A model generated the notes under the pieces. It had not been told where the DNA came from and made no database searches. It saw only the letters and a program-made list of their open reading frames with translations. A DNA stretch of 64,000 bases from NCBI GenBank assembly GCA_002070475.1, contig MWDI01000023.1, positions 27,567-91,566 of the forward strand. The letters are read 5' to 3'. Both the position numbers and the translations under genes were made by a program. Origin of the DNA: Firmicutes bacterium ADurb.Bin146 (lineage in GTDB: Bacteria; Bacillota; Clostridia; DUPQ01). This document shows positions 19,318-29,512 of this stretch, piece by piece (the first letter of the stretch is position 1; each line of letters starts with the position of its first letter).

Positions 19318-19995
19318 CTACTTTATAGCCATAACCTTTACTCTCTCCATAGCTTTCTTTACAGAAGGTATAAATAGCAACCCTACTGTAATAGCTCCTT
19401 CTGCTAGTATGTACGAATAGTTATATACTAGAGGATATATTGATGTAAGGTTTTTAGGGAATGTTTCCGGTATCCATGACATGAAAAACAGATAACCTCC
19501 TAGTGAATGAAATAGACCGCGAGCAAGTATTGCGACTATGTATCCTGTTATAAGACCATTTTTCTTATTCCTAAAAAGACCGGATAATCCTAAGGCTGTG
19601 AAAGCGAATAGGTAGTCAAAACAAACCTGCCAGAAATTGATGATATAAGGGCCTTGCAAAAATTGTAGAAGGCTGTATGTAAAGGCAGCTAAAAGCCCTG
19701 TGCCTAATCCATACCAGTAACCGACCAGGCATACGAAAAGCATGGACAACAAGGTTACCGATCCTCCAAGCGGCAGTCTGAACAATTTTATATAAGATGC
19801 TACGAATGCTACCGCGATTGCCATTGAACAGAATGCTAGTTTTTTTGTAACACTGATATTCAACTCAGTTTTTTGCTTTTTGGGTTTAAAAAAGAATATA
19901 GCTCCAAAAACCAATATAGCCAGTAAGGCTACTGCAAGATATCCATACAGCGTAAGGATATACTCTCCGTCTGTCTCGACTAAAAAAAGATCCAT
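19318..19995 (-). CDS. thiT: ECF-type thiamine transporter S component (ThiT-like)
   Basis: 225 aa polytopic membrane protein directly downstream of a TPP riboswitch. The assignment rests mainly on that context plus ECF S-component-like topology. Confidence 0.65.
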   Translation of the reverse strand: MDLFLVETDGEYILTLYGYLAVALLAILVFGAIFFFKPKKQKTELNISVTKKLAFCSMAIAVAFVASYIKLFRLPLGGSVTLLSMLFVCLVGYWYGLGTGLLAAFTYSLLQFLQGPYIINFWQVCFDYLFAFTALGLSGLFRNKKNGLITGYIVAILARGLFHSLGGYLFFMSWIPETFPKNLTSIYPLVYNYSYILAEGAITVGLLFIPSVKKAMERVKVMAIK

Positions 19996-20041
19996 AATAA
20001 AACACCTCCGTTATTTTTATACATGCTGGAGGTGAAATTTC

Positions 20042-20128
20042 TTTTCAGTGCTTCCTTACGACGGTATTAACCGTATCAAGTAATGAGGGTCAATCATATT
20101 TCTCAGCCAAAAAGGCTCCCCTAGCATA
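20042..20128 (-). promoter_or_regulatory. TPP (THI-box) riboswitch
   Basis: Minus strand reads CUAGGGGAGCcuuuuugGCUGAGAaauaugauugACCCucauuaCUUGAUACGGUUAAUACCGUCGUAAGGAAGC. This matches the conserved GGGG.GC / CUGAGA / ACCC / CUGAU...GG.UAAUACC..CG.AGGGA cores. Downstream CACCUCC can pair with the GGAGGUG Shine-Dalgarno of thiT. Confidence 0.9.
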
Positions 20129-20192
20129 TATATTTGATTGTCAAAATGCTGTTTTATCAGCAATTCAATTCTAATATCATAAATGCGCTATG

Positions 20193-21158
20193 TCAATACC
20201 TTATTTCCTCCATCGTAGGCATACCTTCCATAGCTCCAAGTCTTGTACAGCATATAGCTCCTGCTTTATTGGAAAAAGACACAAATTCCTTTAGCAACAT
20301 ATCATCTTTTAATATATCATTTGTGTTATATAGACAGCTGAGTTTATATAAAAAGGCACCAATAAAAGCATCACCTGCTCCGGTCGAATCAACACAATCA
20401 ATTTTTATACTTGGTATCAGTTCCGAGTAACCCTTCTTGACAGCATATGCTCCCTTTTCTGCGCATGTTATAAGTACTATCTTGGTACCAAGTTCAAGAA
20501 AATACTGTGCTGCTTTTTCTATAGAATCTTCATTTGAAATAAGCATAGATTCTTCTTCTGAAGCTTTTACAACATGACTTTTCGATATCATATATCTGCT
20601 TTTAGATATAAAGTCATCAGCACTGTTGCTTCCTTTGCTATTTTTCCAGAAATCATGACGGAAATTAGGATCATATACTATGAACCTGTCATTCTTTATT
20701 GCTAAATTCAGGACTTTCATATATGTTTCATAAGTAATACTGTCAAGAAGGCCTGTAGCAGCTCCAAAATGGAATATATTGCAGTCCATAACTTTATCCA
20801 TAGACAAATCCTCATATCTTATATATGCATCTGCCCCTCTCTGGAAAATGAAGTCCCGCTGTCCTGAACTTGTCAGGGACACGAATGCGCATGTCGTAAA
20901 TCTTGAAGGATCTTTAATTACCATTGAAGTATCTATATTGTTCTTACTGCACTCGGATATAAGGAAATTACCGAAAGCATCATGTCCTACTCTTGATGAT
21001 AAGTATCCGACTCCGCCAAGTCTGCATAATGCGGCTAATGCATTTGGTGGGGCTCCCCCTGCTTTCTTTATAAACATATCACAATCAGCTAAAGAGACAT
21101 CCCTTCTTGTACCCATAAAATCAATAAGCAACTCACCAAGTGCAAAAACTTTTTTCAT
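20193..21158 (-). CDS. PfkB-family carbohydrate kinase (fructokinase-like)
   Basis: GELLIDFM, GGAPPNALAA and the DSTGAGDAFIGAF PfkB signature. Confidence 0.8.
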   Translation of the reverse strand: MKKVFALGELLIDFMGTRRDVSLADCDMFIKKAGGAPPNALAALCRLGGVGYLSSRVGHDAFGNFLISECSKNNIDTSMVIKDPSRFTTCAFVSLTSSGQRDFIFQRGADAYIRYEDLSMDKVMDCNIFHFGAATGLLDSITYETYMKVLNLAIKNDRFIVYDPNFRHDFWKNSKGSNSADDFISKSRYMISKSHVVKASEEESMLISNEDSIEKAAQYFLELGTKIVLITCAEKGAYAVKKGYSELIPSIKIDCVDSTGAGDAFIGAFLYKLSCLYNTNDILKDDMLLKEFVSFSNKAGAICCTRLGAMEGMPTMEEIRY

Positions 21159-21274
21159 GACATTACCTCATCTTTTTTATTGAATAGAATAATGAAGCGA
21201 TTTACTCTATTACATGCTCATTATACATTGGTCAAGCATGAATTTTGATATATAATTTACAAAGAGGTGGCATT

Positions 21275-22414
21275 ATGATAATAACCAGGACATGTTCTGA
21301 CAAAGATAAATCTGATATGAAGAAGCTTTGGAACGAGCTTTTCAATGATAGCGAAAGATTTACTGACTGGTTATTCGATTACCGTTTCTTGCCAGAATAT
21401 TGCGCTTGCACATATGATGATGATTTGTTAATATCCGGAATGCATTCTTATCCCATGCCATTGCTCATAAGAGGTAAAGAAATTTCTTCTGTTATGATAA
21501 GCGGTGTAGCTACTATTGACAGTTATAGAAAAAAAGGCTTGATGCATAGCACTTTTGGTCATTTAATGAACGAGTTGTATGATAAAGGCGTTTTTGCTAC
21601 TACATTAAAAGCAGTAAGCCTTCCAGTTTATTATTCATTAAACCATTATGGATGTACTAAAAGCGCATATATCCATTCAAATACACAAAACAATCACATA
21701 TCAGTTGCAGATTATATACCTACCTCATCAGATACAGACAAGAGCGACTGCAGAAAAGTTAATATATACAGTGAAATAAGCAGTTTACATAACTGCTATA
21801 ATATATTTACTAAAAATTACAGCGGTATAGCAATAAGAGATGCGCAAGCTTTCAAACGAAAAATGGATGACTATTTGTCAGATGATGCTCATGCCATAGC
21901 TGTTTTCAAGAATGGAAAAGTGAGTGGTTATTGCATATATTTTGTTGACAAGGAAATTTCTGCTGAGGAATTCATTGCAAATGACCTCTTTAGCGCACGT
22001 CTTTTATTTAAAACGCTGAATGTAGGAAGAAAAAAAATAGCTTTAAAGACTTCTCAAATAATTGCAAAATGGATTACTGATAAAGATATAAATATACAGG
22101 ACCAAAACTCCATGGGTATAGTGAATATACGACAGCTGCTTAAAACCATATGTAACAATAGCGATTATCGTGTAAAAATAACTGATTCTTTTTTTGATAA
22201 AAATAATGGTGTCTATCTTTTTAATGGTGAAAAAACTGAAAATAATGCTCACATGGAAATATCTTCAGGCCAGCTAATGCGTCTTATTAATGGCTATATG
22301 TCGCTTGAAGAATTAGCGTCATCCGGTAATGCTTTAATATATGACAAGATTGCATGTGTTGAGATATCAAAAATGCTGCCAAAGCAAAACTGTTTCATAA
22401 TTGACGAGTATTAA
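21275..22414 (+). CDS. GNAT-family N-acetyltransferase with C-terminal SCP2-like region (Eis-like architecture)
   Basis: ATIDSYRKKGLM acetyl-CoA motif, about 380 aa. Start moved to ATG 21275, preceded by AGAGGTGG. The track start is a TTG. Confidence 0.6.
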   Translation: MIITRTCSDKDKSDMKKLWNELFNDSERFTDWLFDYRFLPEYCACTYDDDLLISGMHSYPMPLLIRGKEISSVMISGVATIDSYRKKGLMHSTFGHLMNELYDKGVFATTLKAVSLPVYYSLNHYGCTKSAYIHSNTQNNHISVADYIPTSSDTDKSDCRKVNIYSEISSLHNCYNIFTKNYSGIAIRDAQAFKRKMDDYLSDDAHAIAVFKNGKVSGYCIYFVDKEISAEEFIANDLFSARLLFKTLNVGRKKIALKTSQIIAKWITDKDINIQDQNSMGIVNIRQLLKTICNNSDYRVKITDSFFDKNNGVYLFNGEKTENNAHMEISSGQLMRLINGYMSLEELASSGNALIYDKIACVEISKMLPKQNCFIIDEY

Positions 22415-22416
22415 GA

Positions 22417-22806
22417 TCAAATAATATCAATCTCATCATATCCGGTAGTTGGATCATAAATGCTGTTAAAAACAGTATTGTCCAACTCCAGCAGCACCAG
22501 CTCGCATGTAGTATTAACAATGCATCCTTCCATCATATGACCGCCTATAACTGACAAATCGATTTTGGAAAAAGATATATGAAGATGAACCCTGTATATT
22601 GATGCCGTACCGTTAATAGATATTATCTCCATATTTTCTTCTATAGTATGATGTTGTTTCCCTCCGGTATCTCTTATAACGGCTTTTTTCACACAGCCAA
22701 CACTACTTACGACTACAGCTACAAGTATATTATTCGTTTTGCAGTAACTGATTATCCTTGCTTTTATATCTTCCCCTTCAATCAAACGTATACAGTGTGT
22801 CTTCAT
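22417..22806 (-). CDS. PPC/DUF296-domain protein
   Basis: 129 aa. The pattern IRLIEGEDIKARIISYCKTNNILVAVVVSSVGCV ... LHISF...VIGGHM is typical of DUF296. Confidence 0.6.
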   Translation of the reverse strand: MKTHCIRLIEGEDIKARIISYCKTNNILVAVVVSSVGCVKKAVIRDTGGKQHHTIEENMEIISINGTASIYRVHLHISFSKIDLSVIGGHMMEGCIVNTTCELVLLELDNTVFNSIYDPTTGYDEIDII

Positions 22807-22808
22807 GA

Positions 22809-23864
22809 TTATGTCCTAAATATAAAATCACATTTTTCTTTTATTTTACAGTTTTTTATGTAATTGTTCTCTAGAGGTATCCATTCATCCTTGAAACGGT
22901 CAAACATTTCCTCTCCGTTTCTTTTAAGGACCCTATCTAGCTGGGATTCCTTGTCTGTCTCCATAAATATCCTAATATCATAAATATTCCCGAAATACGG
23001 ATGCATACTGTATGAGCCTTCAACAACATTTAAAGTTTTAGGAAATGCTTTTTTCTCGTCCATCAGATTTGAGCGGCAGTCGTAAGCATAGTATATGAAT
23101 CCTGTGTCAGACATAAGGTTTATAGCTACTTCCTGTTTAAACCTTTCGTAATCCACATTTCCTCCAGGCTGTAAAGACCTTTCATAAGTACGCTGATGTT
23201 TTCTTAAGAAGAAATCATCCATGTGTATTATATTGCAGTCGAATAATTTATCAAACATTTCGGAAAGGGACGTTTTTCCTGCAGTACTCATACCGTCAAT
23301 GGCAATATTTATTGTAGTCTTGTTTTTTTTTGCATGATTGACAAGTTTCTCAACCTGTGTCCACAAATCCATTTTTTCTGCATATTCTTTGCATATTACC
23401 CTGTATGAAGGAGAGTAAAGAACTTTATACTTTGTACTATGGCTGAGTAAAGGACATCCTGCTTCATGATACTTCTTTTCGAAACTATGGAATTCTTCCA
23501 TAGAAATAGGTATAGATAATTTTATTATAGAATTCTCAAGAATAGAAACCTTCTGCCAAAATCCATCAATTGCTCCTTTTGACCTCAGCCTGCTCAGTTG
23601 CATTATCTTTACGAATCTCTCATATGAAAGACCTGACTTAGCAAGCCACCCCAAATGAACTCTCATAAAGTTACCGCCTATATCTTCTATATCGCTTTTA
23701 ATGCTTATGCAGCTACTAATCTCTTCAACAAGCTTTTCTAAATTATATTTATAATTGTCTGACAAATGAGCATTACCGAACTCGCTTTGATATAGAAGCT
23801 TGAACCAGTCCTGCATTCCAGATTCAGGATAAAGCTTGTAGTGATTTTCTATTATCTTTTCCAT
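22809..23864 (-). CDS. Uridine-kinase-like P-loop kinase with an uncharacterised N-terminal domain
   Basis: Walker A AIDGMSTAGKTS followed by HMDDFF in the C-terminal half. I do not recognise the N-terminal ~175 aa. Confidence 0.55.
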   Translation of the reverse strand: MEKIIENHYKLYPESGMQDWFKLLYQSEFGNAHLSDNYKYNLEKLVEEISSCISIKSDIEDIGGNFMRVHLGWLAKSGLSYERFVKIMQLSRLRSKGAIDGFWQKVSILENSIIKLSIPISMEEFHSFEKKYHEAGCPLLSHSTKYKVLYSPSYRVICKEYAEKMDLWTQVEKLVNHAKKNKTTINIAIDGMSTAGKTSLSEMFDKLFDCNIIHMDDFFLRKHQRTYERSLQPGGNVDYERFKQEVAINLMSDTGFIYYAYDCRSNLMDEKKAFPKTLNVVEGSYSMHPYFGNIYDIRIFMETDKESQLDRVLKRNGEEMFDRFKDEWIPLENNYIKNCKIKEKCDFIFRT

Positions 23865-25612
23865 TTTACTCTTGCATCCATATTCATCTTATTAATTATA
23901 TTATTTACAGCTTTTATCCTCTGCATATCAAATTTGAATACTTCCCTATCATATGTAGCAAATCCATTTATCTCTTCCTCAACATCAGACAATTGAGTGT
24001 ACACACATGCGCTTAATCCTCTTTTTATATTCCCTATTATATATTTTCTGTAAAGCTTGTCATATGCGTTTTGTAGAGACTCTTTATCTTTAAAAATCTT
24101 ATAACCGAATTTCTTATCTTTAGAATACATATGACCTTCTGTCATAATGGCATATCCACCAAACTCGGTTAATGCGATGACTTTATCTGTTTTTTTCTTA
24201 AATTTAATTTTAGTGAAATAAATGTGTCTGCTATAAAAATCAGATAAGTCATTATCTTGTTCGTGCCAACCCGAAGTGGAATCTATATGCCTTGTTAAAT
24301 CAAAACTTCTTAAAAGCTTTGTCAGCCTTACAGAATCGAACTGGCCCCAACCTTCATTAAACAAAGTCCACTGGCATATTGAAACACAGTTATACAGATG
24401 CTTTATGCAAACAGGTAGTTCTTCTTCAAACTTCTTTCTGTAATACTCATCCTCTCTTGAAAAAAGCCTGTAATTCTTGTCATCAAGCCTTATCCCGGCA
24501 AAAGGCAGTGCAGCGACAGTACCAAACTTATATTTACCCCCTCCATTAACCATGTCCTGCCAAACTAGCAGTCCCAGTCTGTCACAGTGATAATACCAGC
24601 GTAAAGGCTCTATCTTGATGTGTTTCCTTATCATATTAAATCCAAGCCTTTTTACCAGCTTTATGTCTTTCACCATTTCCTCATCACTTTTTGGGGTATA
24701 TATCCCGTCATGATAATATCCTTGGTCCAAGACTCCGTTATGAAAATATATGTCATTGTTTAAAGCCAGCCTTGAATACCCTGACTCATCCTTTACAATA
24801 CTGAATTTTCTCATTCCAAAGTATGATTTAACAGTATCTGTGCCAGCTTTAATCTCTATTGAATATAGAAATGGATCTTCAGGAGACCATAAATGCATAT
24901 CCTCTATTTTGAATATTATTTTTTTTCCTTTGTCAGACATACCTTGGCATATTACTTCATCTATATTTATAATTGATGCAAAAAATTCATTTGATTCCGT
25001 ATCTGCTTTTAAAGTCACAGTGTGTTCATCTATATTTGTATCAATCTGTATGTTTTTTACATAACCTTTTGGTACGCTCTCCAACCAGACACTCTGCCAA
25101 ATACCAGAAATGGGTGTATAGAAGATACCTTTGTGATCAAGTTTCTGTTTTCCCCTAGGTTGGCAAGCTGTATCAGTAGGATCTGTCACTATTACATCAA
25201 GCTTGTTAACGCCTTCAACGATAAAATCCGATACATCAATGCATAATGGCAGATAGCCGCCTTCATGACTGGATATTATTTTCCCATTTAGATATATTTC
25301 ACAAATATAATCTACGGCATCAAAATGAAGTAAAGTGATATCATTTAAAAAATTCTTATGTATTTCAAATTTTCTGTTGTAAGTAATCGCCTCATCTGGC
25401 ATTAAAATGTGATTAACGCCGCTAAGTTTAGATTCAGGAGGATAGGGAACTGTTATATCACCTTCATAAATAGTACTTACGACTTTATGCCTGTTTTGAC
25501 CAGGTTCAAGCGCATGTCTTGTTATGCAGCATTTCCATACCCCATTTAAAGATATGTAACTATTCCTAACCAGTTGAGGCCTAGGATAGTCACTTAAAGG
25601 TATACCGTCCAT
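23852..25612 (-). CDS. Glycoside hydrolase family 2
   Basis: Sugar-binding, Ig-like and TIM domains. WTLFNEGWGQ contains the acid/base NE motif. 586 aa. Confidence 0.8.
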   Translation of the reverse strand: MDGIPLSDYPRPQLVRNSYISLNGVWKCCITRHALEPGQNRHKVVSTIYEGDITVPYPPESKLSGVNHILMPDEAITYNRKFEIHKNFLNDITLLHFDAVDYICEIYLNGKIISSHEGGYLPLCIDVSDFIVEGVNKLDVIVTDPTDTACQPRGKQKLDHKGIFYTPISGIWQSVWLESVPKGYVKNIQIDTNIDEHTVTLKADTESNEFFASIINIDEVICQGMSDKGKKIIFKIEDMHLWSPEDPFLYSIEIKAGTDTVKSYFGMRKFSIVKDESGYSRLALNNDIYFHNGVLDQGYYHDGIYTPKSDEEMVKDIKLVKRLGFNMIRKHIKIEPLRWYYHCDRLGLLVWQDMVNGGGKYKFGTVAALPFAGIRLDDKNYRLFSREDEYYRKKFEEELPVCIKHLYNCVSICQWTLFNEGWGQFDSVRLTKLLRSFDLTRHIDSTSGWHEQDNDLSDFYSRHIYFTKIKFKKKTDKVIALTEFGGYAIMTEGHMYSKDKKFGYKIFKDKESLQNAYDKLYRKYIIGNIKRGLSACVYTQLSDVEEEINGFATYDREVFKFDMQRIKAVNNIINKMNMDARVKWKR

Positions 25613-25620
25613 CTTTTCTC

Positions 25621-26736
25621 CTATATCTTAACGGTTTTTATCTTCTCCGTATAATACTGCACTAATTCGAATTTTGTATGAGGAGGAAGCCTGTGATCAG
25701 GGCAAGGAATATAGCCACCAAGAGCTATTAAAGGTTTAAGCCTTTCAATTTCATCGTCAACTGCTTTTTTATCATAAGACAGGACGTTCTTGTTCATGCC
25801 TCCGACTCCTCTTAAGTCTTTTCCGTATTTTTCCCTCCATGGAGCTATGCTCGCATCCCACACACCAACTTCAATAGGGAACATAGTATTGACACCGTTT
25901 TCAAACCATAATGGTATCAGCTGGTCAATGCATCCGTCACAGTCCAAAGAGATTATATCCATCCCATAACTTCTTACAAGTTCATTTCTTTTTTTGTAAT
26001 GCTTTGCGCACAAATCAGTTAATATTTCAGGACTGAAAAGTGGTCCGTTCTTATAGCAGATATCTTCCCAGTAATGAGCAAAATCAAACTTAAAAGCGGA
26101 TACTTCCAAAGTTCTCTTTGCTACCTGATACTGAAGTTCAGCATAATCTGAAACTATCTCATCCAAAAGATCATAATCATCATATATCATGTAGCTCATT
26201 CCCATAACAGTAAGCATATTCCTAACATCACCGGCTATACTTCCTAATTCGAGACCTACTGGGCCATCTATCTTATCCCAGTCATTTTCATTGAAATATT
26301 TAGGGTCCACTCTTTCTTCAGTAAACTGAATTCTCGGCTTATACAATTCTTCATAAGCCTTTCTGTCCTTTAATGTGTAATCACACTCTCCGGATATGGA
26401 TACTACACCAGGTTTTTCTATCTCAATAACACCCCAACCTGTCAGTATCTTTCTGGAACCATCCGGAAGTTCTTCTAGTATCTGTGTCTTAAAAAAAGGC
26501 CTTAAGCTTGCTGCTCCCCTTCTTGTGGTATGCCAGTTGAAATCCCAGCCAAGTTTCTCATTCAATCTGTAATCTGCAGCATTTCCGTCTCCGACGCCTT
26601 CTATCTCCTCAGGTTTCAGATGTCCCTGGGCAACCCATTCCTGTAACAGTTCTTTCCAATAACCGAAATGAACAGCAGGCATCCTGTCCACAGGCTTATA
26701 GTTTAAAATATTCAGTGCTCTTGTCTTGTTATCCAT
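25621..26736 (-). CDS. Uroporphyrinogen-decarboxylase (URO-D) family protein
   Basis: Size and N-terminal pattern (LNYKPVDRMPAV...) resemble URO-D-like proteins common in clostridial sugar clusters. Weak motif support only. Confidence 0.45.
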   Translation of the reverse strand: MDNKTRALNILNYKPVDRMPAVHFGYWKELLQEWVAQGHLKPEEIEGVGDGNAADYRLNEKLGWDFNWHTTRRGAASLRPFFKTQILEELPDGSRKILTGWGVIEIEKPGVVSISGECDYTLKDRKAYEELYKPRIQFTEERVDPKYFNENDWDKIDGPVGLELGSIAGDVRNMLTVMGMSYMIYDDYDLLDEIVSDYAELQYQVAKRTLEVSAFKFDFAHYWEDICYKNGPLFSPEILTDLCAKHYKKRNELVRSYGMDIISLDCDGCIDQLIPLWFENGVNTMFPIEVGVWDASIAPWREKYGKDLRGVGGMNKNVLSYDKKAVDDEIERLKPLIALGGYIPCPDHRLPPHTKFELVQYYTEKIKTVKI

Positions 26737-26952
26737 AAGTCCTCCACATAAAAAAGATTCTATAGTTATTACCTTTGCAAGTCAACCTTAACAGAACATT
26801 TTGTCATATACGAAAGAAATATATTTTATTGACATATTATACAAATAAACAGTTTCATACAAAATTCTTATGCTAATACCTTTTACAATTTTCAAACTGA
26901 TATGATGTATGACTATGGATACATACTTTCATGGATTATGAAAAGATAATTA

Positions 26953-27696
26953 TTATTGAAGCACCTTGGACAAGAAGTCTTTTGTCCTCTGGTTACTGGG
27001 ATTAGCGAAAAAGTCTTTTGGATTATTCTCCTCTACTATCAAACCATCATCCATAAACAGTATCCTTGTACCCACTTCTTTAGCAAAACCCATCTCATGA
27101 GTGACTAATACCATTGTCATTCCTTCTTTGGCAAGTTTTTTAATAAGATCCAGAACTTCTCCCACCATTTCAGGGTCCAGAGCTGAGGTAGGCTCGTCAA
27201 ACAGCATTACTTCTGGTTCCATTGCAAGAGCACGTATTATAGCTACGCGCTGCTTCTGTCCCCCAGATAACTGCGAAGGATAAGCATACGCTTTATCAGT
27301 AAGCCCTATCTTTTTTAATAGTTCCAATGCCTGTTCTTCAGCCTGCTTTTTTGTCTTATTCTTAAGTTTTATAGGCCCTAATGTTATATTCTGCAATATG
27401 GTAAGGTGAGGAAAAAGATTAAAATGCTGGAATACCATACCCATTTTCATACGAAGTTTGTCTACATCGCACTTTTTGTCATTTATCATTTCACCGTCAA
27501 TAAAAATCTCACCTGCTGAAGGAACCTCAAGCATATTTAAACATCGTAAAAAAGTGCTTTTACCACTTCCGGAAGGACCGATAACAACTACTTTCTCACC
27601 ATCATGTATTGTCTGGTCTATACCTTTTAAAACGTTCAGGCTGTCTTTTGAGCCCTTAGTAGTGAAACTTTTATATAACTGTTTAACTTCTATCAC
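26953..27696 (-). CDS. Amino-acid ABC transporter ATP-binding protein
   Basis: Walker [10 protein letters not shown], signature LSGGQKQR, Walker [12 protein letters not shown]. Start moved to GTG 27696, about 10 nt after AAGGAGG. Confidence 0.9.
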   Translation of the reverse strand: MIEVKQLYKSFTTKGSKDSLNVLKGIDQTIHDGEKVVVIGPSGSGKSTFLRCLNMLEVPSAGEIFIDGEMINDKKCDVDKLRMKMGMVFQHFNLFPHLTILQNITLGPIKLKNKTKKQAEEQALELLKKIGLTDKAYAYPSQLSGGQKQRVAIIRALAMEPEVMLFDEPTSALDPEMVGEVLDLIKKLAKEGMTMVLVTHEMGFAKEVGTRILFMDDGLIVEENNPKDFFANPSNQRTKDFLSKVLQ

Positions 27697-28402
27697 TTTT
27701 ACTGAGCCTCCTTTCAAGCTTATTTACCAGATAGGTAAGAAACATAACTATACCAAGATATATCAAAGCTACAGCTATTAGTGGCATGAAAGCATCATAT
27801 GTCCTGCTTCTTATGTATTCTCCTCCTTTTGTAAGGTCAGCAAGAGCTATATATCCTGAAACTGATGTTTCTTTTAATAACACTATAAATTCATTACCTA
27901 GAGCTGGAAGAATGTTCTTGAATGCCTGGGGTAAAACTATATGCCACATTGTCTGGCCATATGTAAATCCCAATGACCTTCCTGCTTCCATTTGTCCTGG
28001 ATCTACGCTCATAATACCGGAGCGGACTATTTCTGCAACATATGCAGCAGAGTTTAAGCCGAATGCTACAACTGCTGCTAACACCTTATCAACTGCAACA
28101 GTTGCAAATACGACATAATAAATTATTAGAAGCTGCAGTACTACAGGAGTTCCTCTTATTATTGTTATGTATACTTTACATATCGCATTGAGTATGCCAA
28201 GTTTTTTCGTTTTATCATAAGTCGTACGTATTACCGCTATTATAAAGCCTAAAATTATACCTATAATTACTGCGAAAAATGTGATTTCAAGAGTAACCAG
28301 CAAACCTTTTGTAAGATACTGCCATCTGTTATCTGTTATAAAATTGTTTGTGAAGCTTATTTTGAAATCCTCAATCAGCTTGGTCAAATATTCATTCATC
28401 AT
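27683..28402 (-). CDS. Amino-acid ABC transporter permease (His/Glu/Gln/Arg family)
   Basis: EAA loop [23 protein letters not shown]. Start placed at ATG 28402. The exact start is uncertain. Confidence 0.85.
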   Translation of the reverse strand: MMNEYLTKLIEDFKISFTNNFITDNRWQYLTKGLLVTLEITFFAVIIGIILGFIIAVIRTTYDKTKKLGILNAICKVYITIIRGTPVVLQLLIIYYVVFATVAVDKVLAAVVAFGLNSAAYVAEIVRSGIMSVDPGQMEAGRSLGFTYGQTMWHIVLPQAFKNILPALGNEFIVLLKETSVSGYIALADLTKGGEYIRSRTYDAFMPLIAVALIYLGIVMFLTYLVNKLERRLSKSDRS

Positions 28403-28430
28403 TACCTTCTTTACACCTTTTGACAGCACA

Positions 28431-28460
28431 AAAGCCCAAAGGATATGCCTTATGGGCTTT
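28431..28460 (-). terminator. Possible intra-operon attenuator hairpin between the binding-protein and permease genes
   Basis: Minus strand: AAAGCCCA...UGGGCUUU followed by UG. U-tract is short. Confidence 0.35.
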
Positions 28461-28480
28461 ACTGCTGCAAAATCATTATA

Positions 28481-29269
28481 TTACTTGACTCTTACTATTA
28501 TTACCTGTGTTGCAGTCGTATATGAGTCTGTAAAATCCACGCTAATAAGCCGATCTTCCGTAACTGTCATACCTGCTACACCAATATCAGCTTTTCCTGA
28601 TTGGACAGCAGCTATTATTGAATCAAAATCCATATCTTCGATAACCAGTTCCATCCTAAGTATATCAGCAACTGCCTGAGCAAAATCAACATCGATTCCG
28701 ACAATTTTTCCGCCTTCAACAAATTCATATGGTTCAAACTGTGCGTTTGTAGCCATTTTTAAGGTTCCGTTACTATAATCCGTGTTATTAGATACATATG
28801 GGCTCTTTCCTTTTGTATCATCTCCTATATAGTTGGAAATAATTGATTCCAATGTCCCATCAGCTTTTAACTGAGAAATCGCAGCATTTATCTTTCCCTT
28901 AAGTTCCGAGTTTGATTTTGCTATGCACATAGCATATTCTTCCAATTCGAATGGTTCATCCAGTATCATAAGATCCTTGTTTTTTGCAACAAATGCCTTT
29001 GCAGGTTCACTGTCTATTATTACACAGTCAACTTTACCTTGCTTTAGTGCCTGAACAGCATCTGCACCTTTGTTAAATCTTTCCATTACAGATCCATCTT
29101 CTTCATAACCTGAAGCATATATGTCGCCTGTTGTTCCAAGCTGAACGCCTATAACCTTGCCAGGCAGATCGTCAATTGAAAACACTGTGTTCGATGCCAC
29201 CGGTGTACATCCGGCCAACATAGCCATTGTCAGTATTGTTGTTAAAATAATTGTTATAACCTTTTTCAT
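28481..29269 (-). CDS. Amino-acid ABC transporter substrate-binding lipoprotein
   Basis: Signal peptide with lipobox LAGC, and a type 3 SBP fold pattern (GTTGD, DGTL..I, GVAGMT). Confidence 0.85.
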   Translation of the reverse strand: MKKVITIILTTILTMAMLAGCTPVASNTVFSIDDLPGKVIGVQLGTTGDIYASGYEEDGSVMERFNKGADAVQALKQGKVDCVIIDSEPAKAFVAKNKDLMILDEPFELEEYAMCIAKSNSELKGKINAAISQLKADGTLESIISNYIGDDTKGKSPYVSNNTDYSNGTLKMATNAQFEPYEFVEGGKIVGIDVDFAQAVADILRMELVIEDMDFDSIIAAVQSGKADIGVAGMTVTEDRLISVDFTDSYTTATQVIIVRVK

Positions 29270-29512
29270 AAATATGTCTTACCCTCCAATAGTAATTTCA
29301 CAATTTTCATAAATATACACTTTTATGAATAATTAGTCAATACTAAATATGAAATTTCTTTATTATATGCATATAACGAACAGATAATATGTATATTATT
29401 CATTTTTAATGTATAAAGTTTTATGTAATCTATGTCTTCCATGGCAAGATCGCACATCATCTGCTGCATTTTAGTGGTACAATTAAGTCAACCTTTATCA
29501 TCAGGAGGCTTT

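Noticed and set aside
29432-29512. Upstream in-frame extension (27 aa, MSSMARSHIICC...) of the GH29 fucosidase
   Set aside because: The upstream ATG has no RBS. The downstream ATG at 29513 is preceded by AGGAGG at ideal spacing, and the family-typical sequence starts there.
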